Shown: one piece after another, positions 12,700 to 25,699 of the stretch
How positions within the stretch are numbered: position 1 is the first letter of the stretch
Layout: every line of letters begins with the position of its first letter
DNA from: Octopus bimaculoides
Lineage: Eukaryota
DNA: 64,000 bases
Assembly: GCF_001194135.2 (NCBI RefSeq)
Contig: NC_068981.1
Location: 199,373,774 to 199,437,773, forward strand
Reading direction: 5' to 3'
The notes under the pieces: model-generated
What the model saw: only the letters and a program-made list of their open reading frames with translations
Told to the model about the DNA's origin: nothing
Databases searched by the model: none
Position numbers and translations under genes: made by a program

Positions 12700-12865
12700 A
12701 ACAGGGGTTGTTTGATAATACGAGCAGTGAACTGGGACATTGAAGGGAAAAGAAAGCGAAGATTGGTAGAAAAGGAACTGGAAATGACGGAGCTGACATG
12801 GAACAAGACAGAGGTTTGTACGACTGCCGAGGAGAGTCTCTTTTATGGCAGGAATCTCAACAAGG
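12700..12865 (+). pseudogene. Degraded RTE RT C-terminal fragment
   Basis: RAVNWDIEGKRKR...VEKELEMTELTWNKTE resembles the RTE motif W-PEGKRKRGRP...ELK--GLTW. Confidence 0.5.
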
Positions 12866-14430
12866 CCAAGATGTTAGGCTTCTAGCTTACAGGAATTTAG
12901 ATGTCAGACTATACACTAGCAAACATTAACTGAAAATACTAATAATATTCGTAGTGTATATGATAAATAACTTTAGTAACCTACATTTAGCCATTTGTAG
13001 AAACTTATTCATGTTGAACAAATTGAAATTATAATAAACGGGAATATTTTCTATTGAAACTTAAACCATAAAATCCCATTGTTTAAAAACAACTGATTGT
13101 TAGTTTAATGGAAAGTAAAATACGTAATTTTAAAAATAATTATGTTTCAGTTTCACTCTGATTAATTTCAAATAAACTTTTGAAATGAAGGACAATATAA
13201 TATTTGTGAAAAATGGTGTTGTAGTCACATATTGATTGGAATAATTAAAAATATTTTTGAAAACAAACGAAAGTTTATTTAAACCTTTGCAGCAAAACTA
13301 ATTGAAAATGGCCACTGAACGGGGTCATGTTCAGACATTGTTGAAACAGCATGAGAATTTGTTGTAAACCATTTCGACAGTGGCTTTTACTACCTGAAGA
13401 TCTCTAACAAACATTGATGTTTACAGCAAACAATTGATCGCAGTCAATGAGAGGAGAAAGACCAAAGAAATCGATACGAGTCAATATGTTTGAATAGAAA
13501 CTGGTTTCAGATAATAAAGGCTGCTTTACACAGACAAAATATTGACTGAACGATCATCAGTAAATATAAACTTATTCAGTCTCTCTATCACTCTGTTTGT
13601 TTTCTTTCGATTCAAAACACTTGTAGGAAATCTAGCTTCATAAAATATGTAGCCACGAGAGTTTGTAACAAATCTATCCATGTTGAGCTGAAACAGTGTA
13701 CGCAACTTATCAGATTTTATAATCTCACGAAGGAAGTAAATGGTAGGGAGCGGAAATATTTGATAATAAAGAGAATTATATTAAAGAGATTATTGTTGGG
13801 GGCCTCAATATCCTCCTCCTCATCATCATCATCATTATCATCATCATTGTCAACAACACAAATGCCACCACCACCACCCAGACCAGCTGAAGAGTTGTCA
13901 CTGCTACACATCCTAACTACTATATTTATCACTACCACTACACTCAATAATACTGTACATACACACACACACACACACACACACATACACACACATATAT
14001 AAGTTTATTATGTCTTAGTGTGACTGAGCACCCAGTGGAATATCAGGGTGAACGGGTTGGGTCGATTTTGGTTGGCAGCCAGCCAGTACGAGTAAACCCA
14101 GAGAAAAAAGAAATTGAAGTGGAAACTTAAAGAGGGCAACGTTCCACACCAACTGACTTCCCTTGCAGCTGAGTTGATGACAAATATATTGCTTTGTATG
14201 ACTTTATACTACATTTGCGAGGCCACGAAGTCTGGGGAATGCAGGATCTCCTACCATTCTCCAGGTTTGCGCCCCAGGGATTCCTCACCTATGTGGTTAC
14301 AAAGGAGAAAAATTAACCCAGGAGACAGCAGTTACGAGTTAAGAGTGAAACCAGACTGGCATAAATTATAAACAACATTCTGTGGATTCTTTGGCTGGTT
14401 GTTGTTTAGAAATTGAAAAAAGAATATATA

Positions 14431-15408
14431 TGTAGTGAAACTAACCTCTATCGCCATTATATACAAACAAACGCGAGCGTAGTAGAAAACATCTCATTCT
14501 CTGTCATCACCTGACTGACTATTCTTTGCGCGGGTAAATTATTTCCATTTGCCCCAAGACGCAAACTGACCAACCATAGCCCCTAATAAGGTCACGTGAT
14601 AGTGTTTTTCTAATGCTTCTCTGGAGACTACCTTCAGCTATAGATAGCCTGCTAGATACCCGGCAAATTCGTCGCGCCTCAGTTCTTAGATCTGGCCGCT
14701 GGCCACACACGCGTAACACAGCACCAACCAACCAGCCAGTTCCAGCGACGACATCGACACCATCGTCCAACTACGACTACAAGCATCGCCCCCGACGTCG
14801 CCANNNNNNNNNNACACCATCGTCCAACTACGACTACAAGCATCGCCCCCGACGTCGCCAGCAGCAACACGACTCTACGTACTACCAGCATCGCCGCCAG
14901 CGTCAACATGACTCTACACGTACACAAGCTGACCAAACAGCTAACCACAGCTTCACTTTTCAGCCCTGTTTGTGTGAATCGCCTTACCACGGAATTAACA
15001 GACAGAATTTAGCTTGCGAAGAACATCTGTATTCAAGAACCCGGCCCGGCATAGAAGCCCTAACATCACGACGAGTGATCGCTCTGCCCTAACGCTTTAA
15101 CTTCTTATATACAGACACTTACCACTGTGTACTCTAACTAAGAACTGGTAAATTCTAATACGTGTTACTGACTCTATTCAATACTATGTATCTCTCGCAT
15201 TCACATACATGTATAACTCGCACATACTCTTTTGTTTACATGATGGCCTGTATTTTATTGTGTTTTATTATGTCGCATTCACTCACGTACAGACATACAA
15301 TTTAATGCCACAATAAATCTTACTGTTAATCATCTTCATCGGTTGAGTCATCTTCTATCTTTTACCTTACTGGCATTTACGAATTTACTATGTTATAGAA
15401 TTATAACA
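14431..15408 (+). mobile_element. Probable solo LTR (~980 bp)
   Basis: TGT...ACA termini, TATA on both flanks (14427-14430, 15409-15412), AATAAA near 15313, CpG-rich relative to flanks. Contains a 10-N gap. Confidence 0.45.
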
Positions 15409-15537
15409 TATAATATCATTTATATATTTTTGTGTTCGTCCGTGTGACGCGTTAATAAAAAGGAGCCTGTTTTTCCATTCGTCACCATTTCTCCTTTTGG
15501 TTCGCATGGTCGTTCTTATATATATATATATATATAT

Positions 15538-16201
15538 NNNNNNNNNNNNNNNNNNNNNNNNNNNNNNNNNNNNNNNNNNNNNNNNNNNNNNNNNNNNNNN
15601 NNNNNNNNNNNNNNNNNNNNNNNNNNNNNNNNNNNNNNNNNNNNNNNNNNNNNNNNNNNNNNNNNNNNNNNNNNNNNNNNNNNNNNNNNNNNNNNNNNNN
15701 NNNNNNNNNNNNNNNNNNNNNNNNNNNNNNNNNNNNNNNNNNNNNNNNNNNNNNNNNNNNNNNNNNNNNNNNNNNNNNNNNNNNNNNNNNNNNNNNNNNN
15801 NNNNNNNNNNNNNNNNNNNNNNNNNNNNNNNNNNNNNNNNNNNNNNNNNNNNNNNNNNNNNNNNNNNNNNNNNNNNNNNNNNNNNNNNNNNNNNNNNNNN
15901 NNNNNNNNNNNNNNNNNNNNNNNNNNNNNNNNNNNNNNNNNNNNNNNNNNNNNNNNNNNNNNNNNNNNNNNNNNNNNNNNNNNNNNNNNNNNNNNNNNNN
16001 NNNNNNNNNNNNNNNNNNNNNNNNNNNNNNNNNNNNNNNNNNNNNNNNNNNNNNNNNNNNNNNNNNNNNNNNNNNNNNNNNNNNNNNNNNNNNNNNNNNN
16101 NNNNNNNNNNNNNNNNNNNNNNNNNNNNNNNNNNNNNNNNNNNNNNNNNNNNNNNNNNNNNNNNNNNNNNNNNNNNNNNNNNNNNNNNNNNNNNNNNNNN
16201 N
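15538..16201. other. Assembly gap (others at 12495-12504, 14804-14813, 36247-36408, 38614-39004, 48732-49575, 52191-52635, 61443-61688)
   Basis: Runs of n. Confidence 1.
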
Positions 16202-16334
16202 TATATATATATATATACATACATACGTACATATATGTGTGTGTGTGTGTGTAAATGGATGAATGAATTATCCTTTGTTTACAGTTAACACGGAAAATTC
16301 AATAAATAGTTACCAGGGTAACAAAAGTCACGCA

Positions 16335-16905
16335 AGTAACAAGGATGCAGCGACCTATTCAAAGGTAGAAACTCCGGCTTAATGTGAAGACGCTGTTGAC
16401 CGTTTTCTTCGACTATAAGGGGATTGTTCATCATGCCTATGTTCCACCTGGTCAGACAGTAAACAAGGAGTATTACCGTGACGTTTTGTGGTGTTTGCAA
16501 GATGCTATTCGTCGGAAAAGATCACAACTGCATGAGTCCAGTAAGTGGAAATTTCACCATAGCAACGCACCTGCTCACTCAATGCAGCTTATGCAGCAGT
16601 TTTTGGCTAGGCACAGCATTCCTCAGGTCCGATGGCCACCGTATTCCCCGGATCTCACCCCTTGCGATGTTTTTCTCTTTCTAAAAATCAAATCCCACTT
16701 GAAAGAAAAAAGATTTCAGGACGTCGAGGAAATCAAATTGAATGCGATGAGGCAGCTACTGATTATCCCAGAAAACGAGTTCCAGGAATGCTTCCATCAA
16801 TGGAAACAGTGCTGGATTAAGTGTGAGGCTTCAATGCCAAATCGGAACGAGTTGTAGTTTTGTTTTTATAGCACCAGTCCAAATACTTATTGATCAGACC
16901 TCGTA
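16335..16905 (+). mobile_element. Mariner (DD34D) transposon 3' half, inactive
   Basis: VKTLLTVFFDYKGIVH...FHHSNAPAH...WPPYSPDLTPCDVF. The second catalytic D is S, with 34 residues to the last D. The right TIR ends tgatcagacctcgTA. Confidence 0.9.
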
Positions 16906-16959
16906 CAGTGCTATTTCACCTGGAAACGCAAACCACAAAGAAAAACCCCATCAGTCACG

Positions 16960-18640
16960 TGATTGGCTATTTGGAATGTTAAAGCCATGTGCTGTGGCCT
17001 CCTCTCAGATGATTTACAATAAATCAATTATATTAAAACAAAAAACTGCTATTATCAACTCTAAGCCGAGGAAACTGAACATCGATATAATAAAACTGCA
17101 AGAGGCCAGACTTACAGCAGATGCGTACCGCAAGGAAAGGATTACACTTCTTCTAGCAAGGCAGACTTTCTAGCAAGGCAGACTTGTCTACATGGCTTTA
17201 TTGCCAAGAACGGTTTGCTGCTCAAATAGCTCTTCCTTCCGACGGTTCAAAACTTGTAATTTTCCTCTGTTTTTCTACGTCATCAGGCAAACTAAACCCT
17301 TTATGTCTACTCTACAATGTTGTGCTCACACTAAAAAACAAAAACATTATGAGGATCTCGATGCAAAATATCGAAACATGAACTCATCTGGATGATTTCA
17401 TCGCTAGAGTCTGATTGGATTACAATTCATGACTAGTAAACCCGGTCACATCGGCATTAGTAAGTTTATCAAAAGCGACTAAAGACTGACAGCGCTCTGC
17501 TTCAATCATGAATCGTGCATTATAACTTGCTCTTTGTGACAAAACTTCATCATGAAGTCTCCTGTAAATATCTATAATCTGGATTCTGGAATCAGCTGGG
17601 AATGATCGTAACTAGAAGAGTAGTTCACAACGAGCCACTGGAAACGACTCAATTGGTGGAAGAGACCCTCTCGAACTAATGGAGAGGATTAGATGGTCAC
17701 TAAAGCTGCAGAATATCAATACTTCTTTCTATAGAAGTATGCAAAGAACAGTGCAATTTGATAATCCTCGGAAGCATACTTAATCCGAAGGGAGGTAAAG
17801 CTGGAATATACCCTCGTATCGACGTTTTATTATTTTTTGTGTTATCTTCCCCGTCATACTGCATTATACTTTCAAGACATCCGATAACTGAGTGTATCTG
17901 TTCACAAAGTCCGACGGTAAATTCGTCAACATATATAGCTCAGAGAAATGGTCCAAGGATGTTGATCCTTGGTCAGTTCTTCAGTCATATTAACCAGCTT
18001 GATGTCTTACCAAAAGTCTGGTCTCCGGAAACTAATCCGTTTCCTTACCATCAGTCTGAAGAAGGAAGGGATCATAGTTCAGGATTTCAGCAAAGTTCTC
18101 ATTTTCAGTGTGGATGACCACACTTCGCAAGTGGCAGGTTAATTTCCCCACCTAAGATACACGGTCTCCAAAAACTATTCGTCGACTCAGAACTCAAGAG
18201 ATGGAAAAGGAAAGCTGTTGCTGATATAACTAAATTTTTCAAGAGAATGTAGAAAAATACCAGGCTCACTCCAGTCACTAAAATCCTTTAGTACATGACT
18301 TCTCCACGGCGACGGCAAATTGACAACATATTTGTAGTAAGAGTACCGCCTGAACAAATTCGATCTGCACCAACCTCAAGTCCTTGAGATCTCTTGGAAG
18401 TACCATGTACCAAACACTAACATTATAGACCAGACCACCAGACCCAAGTATTATCTAGTTGCACAAACAATGTATGGCCACGTCCGCCGTTTACAGGACG
18501 GCCACATCCCCAACGATATTATGTATAAAGACCTTACCATAAGTTTACACTGTTAACATCAAGCTGTTAACATCAGGACAGACATGAAAACAGACAACCA
18601 CAAATTGCATTTTGTTTTAGGGCTGTTTTTCATGACTGGA
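16960..18640 (+). mobile_element. Heavily decayed BovB-type RTE LINE
   Basis: N-terminal APE motif KTAIINSKPRKLNIDIIKLQEARL (17035-17115) and C-terminal YGHVRRLQDGHIPNDIMYKDL (18470-18535); many stops. Confidence 0.65.
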
Positions 18641-20628
18641 ACATCTTTTATCAAAGTTCCACGTGATGTGGCAAAACGACAACAACAACCTATTGTCGCA
18701 AAGAAATGTTGAGTAAGAAGCTGAGCTGAGAGAATTGCTTCGAACATTTTATGGGCAGAATTTATCTTCTTTTTATTGAATTGGTTTCAAGAAAAAGAAA
18801 GAAAAGTTTTCAAAAAAAAAAATTTCTGTTTATCTGATGAAAGTAAGCAAGAAGTTAGACTTATTAAGGGGTATCATGGGAAATAAAGTCCAAAACCACA
18901 AATACGAAAAGTGCTACAGAAATGATTTGTATTTTAACATTGAAGATAAGTCGTATACCATAGATATTGAATCTGACTTTATTCAATCTAATGGTTACAT
19001 TGATTCTGCTAAAATCTCTGTAGGTTTGAATGAAGAGAAATGAAATTTCTCTAGTGAATGATGCTTGCAAGAGAAACCATTTTTTGTTTCAACGGAATCT
19101 TTTGGCAAGAAGATGAGAAGGGAAACATTTTTTGTCAAATAAAAATTACATATCAGATTAGTGCAGAAAGGGAAACACACACGTGATACATATTTACGTA
19201 TATATACATCTGTGTGCGTGTGTGCATGTGTATGTGTGCATGTATACACACACATGTATGTACGTATATTTATATTAAAGCTTGCTTTTCTGTAACGTTA
19301 CATATAAAAACAATCTAGCATCAAACTGAAGGATTACTCAATACTTTTTAGTTGAGTACACGTTTATTTTGTGAAGGAATAACAGTGACTTCGGAGTTGC
19401 AGCTTGCTCTCCGTCGTCAGACTAATATATATACATACATATAAGTACATACATCTATACGTATTTATATATGCATATGTGGGCATAGGACGTCACGAAA
19501 CGTGTACAACAACAACAAAAAACGAAGTACGAGCACATGGAATATGAACTATTTTTTCGAACAACGAAAGACACAAATGGAAAACAAGGCAAACAACATA
19601 AAGAACGACCCTTCATCAGTTGTTGGCTGTTTTTCTACTCTCGTATTTCGAGCGTTTAACAACAATATACGCTTTCGATAAAACAGTTGCTCCCGCAAAG
19701 CAAATTAAATAAAATTTGGGATTTTGCGGAGAGTCAAAATTGGTAACACAAACAAACAGGAAGGACTGCTAAGCCTAAACGAGATTGTGGTGGCATAAAT
19801 TTGTAGTTATGCCCACTACTCATGTATGAACTAAACTATTTCTTAGGCGCAAACACAACAACAGATAAAAGACGACCCAAATCGATACAAAGAGTTCTAA
19901 TATTTTTTTCATTTATTTTCTAAATTACTTTTTATAAAAAATGAATTTTTTTGCTCTATTTTTCGTAGTATGGCTTTTAAAGTTCATTTTTGCATAAATT
20001 CTTCTAATAACAAGATTATTTAATACGATATTTTTATTTCTTTGGTTTTATCTCTATGAGCAGTACTGGATCATGTAGTAGGGCTGTGGTGGCGAACGCG
20101 TAAATCAAGCTTGGACAGAAGACAGACAAGAACACGTCTTCCTTGTTCCAGCTACAACGGAGAGAAAGAAAGGAACACAAGTTAGAAGAAAGAAAGATGG
20201 CCGATGGCCACGTGGGAGCCACGTGAGCAAGAGAGGAGTAATATATAAAGGATAACATTTTTTAAAAAATTTATCAGTGGCCAGCATATAAAAAGTAGAC
20301 CGATTAAGGTGAAATTACATGTATAATTATAATAAGAACTTAGAAAAAATGTTCTAGCCTATATTTATTTATTTATTTATTTATTTATGTGTTTCAGCCA
20401 AGTGGCTGCGGTCATGCTGGTCGCAAAATCATCATTTTTTGCGACATTTTTTAGTGGTGAGACGATTTAGCGTCTATTTCTCAGCATAGAGGCTAAAAAA
20501 ATTTTCTAATTATATATATCATTCAATAATAATTATATATATCATTGAATAATATTCTTAACGTTGCCTTTTTGTCGCAGTCGGTGTCTTCCAAGCAGTC
20601 TCACTAATTCAGTTTTAATCGAAATCAA

Positions 20629-20666
<38 letters not shown>

Positions 20667-20674
20667 ATGTGTGT

Positions 20675-21090
20675 AGGAGTGGCTGCGTGGTAAGTAGCTT
20701 GCTTACCAACCACATGGCTCCAGGTTCATTCCCACTGCGTGGCACCTTGGGCAAGTGTCTTCTTATATATGTGTGTAGATATAATATGTGTACACACACA
20801 TACACAGATATGCAATATATGTATATCTGTGTGTGTGTGTGTGTGTACACGTATTATATCTACGCATACATATATAAAAAGACACTTTCCCAAGGTGGAA
20901 ATGAACCCCCCCAACATCGCTTGACAACCGACGCTGTTGTGTTTACGTCCCCGTAACTTAGCAGTTCGGCAAAAGAAACCGATAGAATCAATACTAGGCT
21001 TACAAAGAATAAGTCCTGGGGTCGATTTGCTCGACTGAAGGCGGTGCTCCAGCATGGCCGCAATCAAATGGCTGAAACAAGTAAAGAGTA
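20675..21090 (+). mobile_element. tRNA-derived SINE family A with internal inverted duplication
   Basis: Head aggagtggctgcgtggtaagtagcttgc...ggttcattccc; tail ...ggcggtgctccagcatggccgcaatcaaatggctgaaacaagtaaag; the middle is replaced by an inverted copy of head plus microsatellite. Confidence 0.85.
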
Positions 21091-21114
21091 TATATATGAA
21101 ATTTTGAATTTAGC

Positions 21115-21176
21115 TCACGGGCCCCAGTACTACCGTTGCGGACTCCAGAGGTTGGGAACCCGTGATATAATGGTTG
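21115..21176. mobile_element. Possible hAT-type MITE end
   Basis: gttgcggactccagaggttgggaacccgtg resembles hAT/Charlie-like termini (ggttgggaaccactg). Confidence 0.3.
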
Positions 21177-21506
21177 TTCTGTAATAACAGAATGCAGTTA
21201 TACATTTTAACTCACATATTATCTTTTGTTAAGTATGTTCTGTAATATGAAAATCAAATCTACGCAGTGTAGTAAATGTAGTGAACTTTATCGAAAATAA
21301 GCTTAAATAATAATGATCTGTTGACATTTTAATCTCTAATAGAATTTACATCCAGTGATTCCATTTTGCAATGACCCAATACTGCTGCATTCACTTTGTC
21401 TATCATACAACCGATTGCTTTGCCAACTTTATACATCAATTTTAAATTTTCTTATCGACTTCATTGGTCGTATATCAAGCGTACATGAATATGTGTTTAT
21501 GTATAG

Positions 21507-21571
<65 letters not shown>

Positions 21572-21658
21572 TATGCATGTAATTGTGTATATATGTATTT
21601 TATGTATATGTATATGTATATGCAAGTGTGTATGTATGTATGTATGTATGTATGTATG

Positions 21659-21701
<43 letters not shown>

Positions 21702-21719
21702 GTGTAAAACTACAGAATT

Positions 21720-23500
21720 TATAAACCGACTTTTAGATGGTGAGTATTCTTCTACGACAACAGAAATAAAAATGAAAACACTAAGGACAAATACAATCTT
21801 AAATCATACAAAAACACCCTCCTTCTAATCCAGCTCTCGTAAATTTTGAGAAGGATATAATGAAGCTTATAAAAGACTTAACATTTTCTAAGTACACTAA
21901 TTCCTTCCAGAAAACATTTTCGGAAAACATTTCAAAAATAAAATCTTCACCGGACTTACATGTATTATCGATAGAATTATACCTCTCGTTAAAAATAAGG
22001 CCAAACTCCCTTTGTGTGGTTCTACTGTCGATGTAATCACTCTGTTCGACCACTCGAAGATAAGCAGCGTATCCATTTTGTTCAGTTTGATATTTAGAAC
22101 TATTATGCCCCCATATCTCCTATTATTTTAAACAAAGCCTTGATTTTTGCCCGCAATTTTACTAATATCCCCAGATCAGGTATTGATATAATCTTGGCAG
22201 CCAGAAGGACCATTATTAACTTTAATGAACATAACAGGATTAGATCTGAATCTACGAACTACTTTGATATAACTATGGAGTCGTTCGATTAAGCACAAGT
22301 GACAGATTTGGTGAGACCTATATCTCCTCTCTCAAATTAAAAGTAGCTTCACAAATGTGTTCGGAGGTCTTTATAGGGACGATGCGCTCCTTGCTTCCCA
22401 TGGCCTATCAAACCAGCGGTAGAAAGGTTTTAAAATGCCCTTAGGAAATTTTTGTTAGATTTTTAAACTTTAATACTATTTTCGATACTAATTCTAAGGT
22501 AGTCAACTTTCTGGACGTAACATTGGATCTTAATACTGGATTATACTACCCATTTAGAAAACCTAATCAATCCCTGCAATATATTAACGTTTCCTCGAAC
22601 CATTCTAGATTAACTATCAATAGCGTCGTTACAGCTACTTCCATTAGAATCTCAGATTCATCTGCCAATGAGGAGAGCTTTAATTAACATTAATACCTTG
22701 AAACTAAGTGGTTTTAATGATCAAATTTCTTACATAACACGAAACTTTAAAAGAAATTAGCAAATATATCTCCTAACTCTATCTTTAAAAATATTAGCGC
22801 AAACCCTGTATTGACAAACACAGATATAAATAAGTCATATGGCAATCACATCATACCTAGTGAAATACAACCTAGTAATAAATATAGTAAATATAATAAG
22901 TATAAACATCCTGATTCTGAAACGTCTAACATGACTAAACAATCCAATTCTAGAAAACGCGAAGTAGGCCCTGGTGATAATAACAAATCTAGGATAATAA
23001 ATCTAAGGAAATCTAAAATTAATAATGTTAATCCAAGTCAACCTTTGGTAGTTACCGATCTTGACAACCCACTCCCCAAAAATAAAAAAAGCAATAAAAC
23101 AAAAAGACAATAGCAGGAATGATAGAACAATTTTTAAAAAAAACATGTAGCTGTGGAGTGCCTGAATCATGTCCGCTTGCCGTTTCATGTCTTAGGAAAA
23201 ATGTGGTGTATAAGTGTATAGTAAAAGTAAATAGGTTAAAGTATTTGTCCCACCATTTCATGCTCTCTACTCATTTGCATATGTAAGAATGAAATTTTTT
23301 TATATATCCATCAGTCTGTAAAAATAAGAAAGAGTCAAGAATGTGATATTATGAGGATACCCTTCCTGATGAAGGGGACATTGTCCGCATAGTTTGTAAG
23401 ATTTTTTGTTAATTTTTCTACCTCTGGAAACGGCCGTAGAGAGTGGACTTCCTCGAACTATATTATAAACCTTATAGACCATTTATTTATTTAAAAAAAC
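21720..23500 (+). mobile_element. Penelope-like retroelement relic (RT + truncated GIY-YIG + 3' region)
   Basis: GLYRDDAL (22366), NFLDVTLDL, YPFRKPN, SNHS, then CPLAVSCLRKNVVYKCIV (23150-23225); multiple stops. Confidence 0.85.
23362..23443 (+). ncRNA. Minimal type I hammerhead-ribozyme-like motif
   Basis: CTGATGA (23366-72), stem II AGGGG/CCTCT, GAAA (23427-30), C-GGCC-G, TA cleavage triplet end, stem I (c)ttc/gag; lies in the 3' region of the Penelope relic. Confidence 0.65.
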
Positions 23501-23885
23501 ACATCGAACTCTATCGATCTTTTAATTGAAACTCTTAACCGCTCTTAATTTTAGTACAAAAGTTTTTTTTATCAGTTCTCGTTTTCTCACACTCCCTTTC
23601 ATACGTATCCCACATGGGTTTTATTTACATGTATTTTTATGTATATTTGTATTTTATAAATATTAAAAAATATTCAATATGTCTCGATATGTATGTGCAT
23701 TTTAAGTCGAATTTATAACCGTATGAGTATGACTACCTAATTTGAGTCTATATCTTAATGCTTATCTTTTGTCTCGGGTTCGATCCGAGCACTTCTTAAG
23801 TAGTCCTATATTTTTCGTAAGAAAGAACAATAATGTATATGTATATGTATATACATATATATGTTTATATATTTATATATATGTA

Positions 23886-23917
<32 letters not shown>

Positions 23918-24451
23918 GGAAAATTAAAAAAAGCCAGAATGCTGAACTGGAAGCATAATTTAATAAAAAAATTTTCTAACCGGTTTTCATTGCGAAGAAG
24001 CAAATTATCAAGAAGGAGAATGAAAATGTTTTTTTACAAAGAAATACAAAATGAAGAAAATAATATATAAAACAATAATATATATAAAAAAAAAATACCC
24101 ATACATTATATTGTCTTTGAGCTTTTGTAGTTCAATAGTAGTTCATGTATAAAATGGTAGGAAAAATAAGGATGCATGAGGGTTGAGAGTTTTGTTATAT
24201 ATATATATGTAACACACAGACACACACTCACACACACACTTATGTATCTATGTATTTACATACAAATAAAACCCTATTTGAAAATGATGTTTCAAGCAGT
24301 CTGGCGTTTATACAGAGACCAAATTCTACAGATGTGCTGCCAAGTGACATTCACAGATCAAAATTTCAGTCATAAACGAATGAAGAAAATATATATATAT
24401 AGTGCGTGTGTCTATTTAGCAAAAGAAAAATGACCATCTCGAAATACACCA

Positions 24452-24520
<69 letters not shown>

Positions 24521-24731
24521 CGTGTGCGCGTGCGTGTGTGCGCGTGCGCGTGTGTGTGTACATACATATTTCCGTTTAGGAAAAACTCACAAATTTTTCC
24601 AAACTTTGAAAACTAATTAATTCTGCAATTATGGTGTGCATTCTAGAATTTACTTAGATGAGTCCAAAAATAATGCTTTCGTTTATCTCAAATCCTTCAG
24701 TCAAACTAAGTGAACAGCCTGAGTAAAATAG

Positions 24732-24881
24732 AAAGGAAATTGTGTTAAACGCGACAGAATAAGAGTAGCTCTTATGCTGGTTGTAGGAAAATTAACTGAA
24801 CCAGGCAGGAAGAAAGTTGTAACAGATAATAATTTGATTTCACCTGATTTAAGCAAATTTATTATTGCTTGCCTTCTGTAA
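24732..24881 (+). pseudogene. Possible piggyBac transposase fragment
   Basis: ALMLVVGKLTEPGRKKVVTDNNLISPDLSKF resembles the piggyBac motif G--V-TDNFFTS--LA. Confidence 0.35.
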
Positions 24882-25194
24882 GCTTTATTCAATGTCTTTG
24901 TGCAGCTGCATGCAATTAAATAAAGCATTTAGACGAACCATGTTCGATAGGTTCTACGGAAGTATTCTAGGATATAGAAACAGACGAGAACGTTTGAAAG
25001 TTGGAAACAATATGTGAATGTACATTCCAATCGTTGTCATCACACACACATATCTACATATACATACATACATACATACATATACATACATACATGCACA
25101 CAAACACATGCATACATACGTACGTACGTACGTACATACATAAATACATACATACATACATACATACATACATACTTACAAACAGCACTCTACC

Positions 25195-25676
25195 GACCAT
25201 ATCTTATCAATCTGTACCAGCAAGCTCTCAATGGGAACAGTAGCATACCACACTGGTTAGTTCTGGCAGAGACAAAATTGATCCCCAAATGCAGAACCAC
25301 CCACATGGCAAAAAACTACCGGCCAATTGCATGCCAGAACTTAATGTATAAGATATATACAGCTTGGTTAAATCTCTTCCTCCGGGACCATTGTGAAACC
25401 AATAACATTATCACAGCAGAACAATCAGCTGGGAAAAAGGGGGTCTGGGGATGTATCAAACAATTGTTAACCAACAAAACTATGATGTCATAGATACGAG
25501 AGCATAGGAGGAACCGACTCTCAATGTGGTTAAACTACAAGAAAGCCTTTGCCTCTGTTCCCCACTCGTGGACACTAGAAGCCCTTCAACTTGCTAACGT
25601 TCCAATGAGCAGAGTCAAAGCCATAGCTGACCTGACTTCATCGCGGGCCACCATCTTGAAATTAATCACAAATAGT
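25195..25676 (+). mobile_element. R4/Dong-like RT fragment
   Basis: WLVLAETKLIPK...KNYRPIACQNLMYKIYT...EQSAGKKGVWGCIKQLL...WLNYKKAFASVPHSW; between a (TACA)n and an (ATT)n array. Confidence 0.8.
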
Positions 25677-25699
25677 GTTTAATTATTATTATTATTATT

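Noticed and set aside
14757-14860. Direct repeat flanking a 10-N gap
   Set aside because: Typical unmerged contig overlap.
15388-16288. Long ORFs across N-gaps (also 38503-39067, 52003-52761, 61292-61939)
   Set aside because: They are open only because N codons translate as X.
19490-19625. CTGATGA on the minus strand near a GAAAC, as another hammerhead
   Set aside because: The two core halves are on opposite strands and no stem II forms.
21720-23230. Selenocysteine-recoded Penelope (Naiad-like) ORF
   Set aside because: The stops are mixed TAA/TAG/TGA with frameshifts and the endonuclease is C-terminal; ordinary decay.
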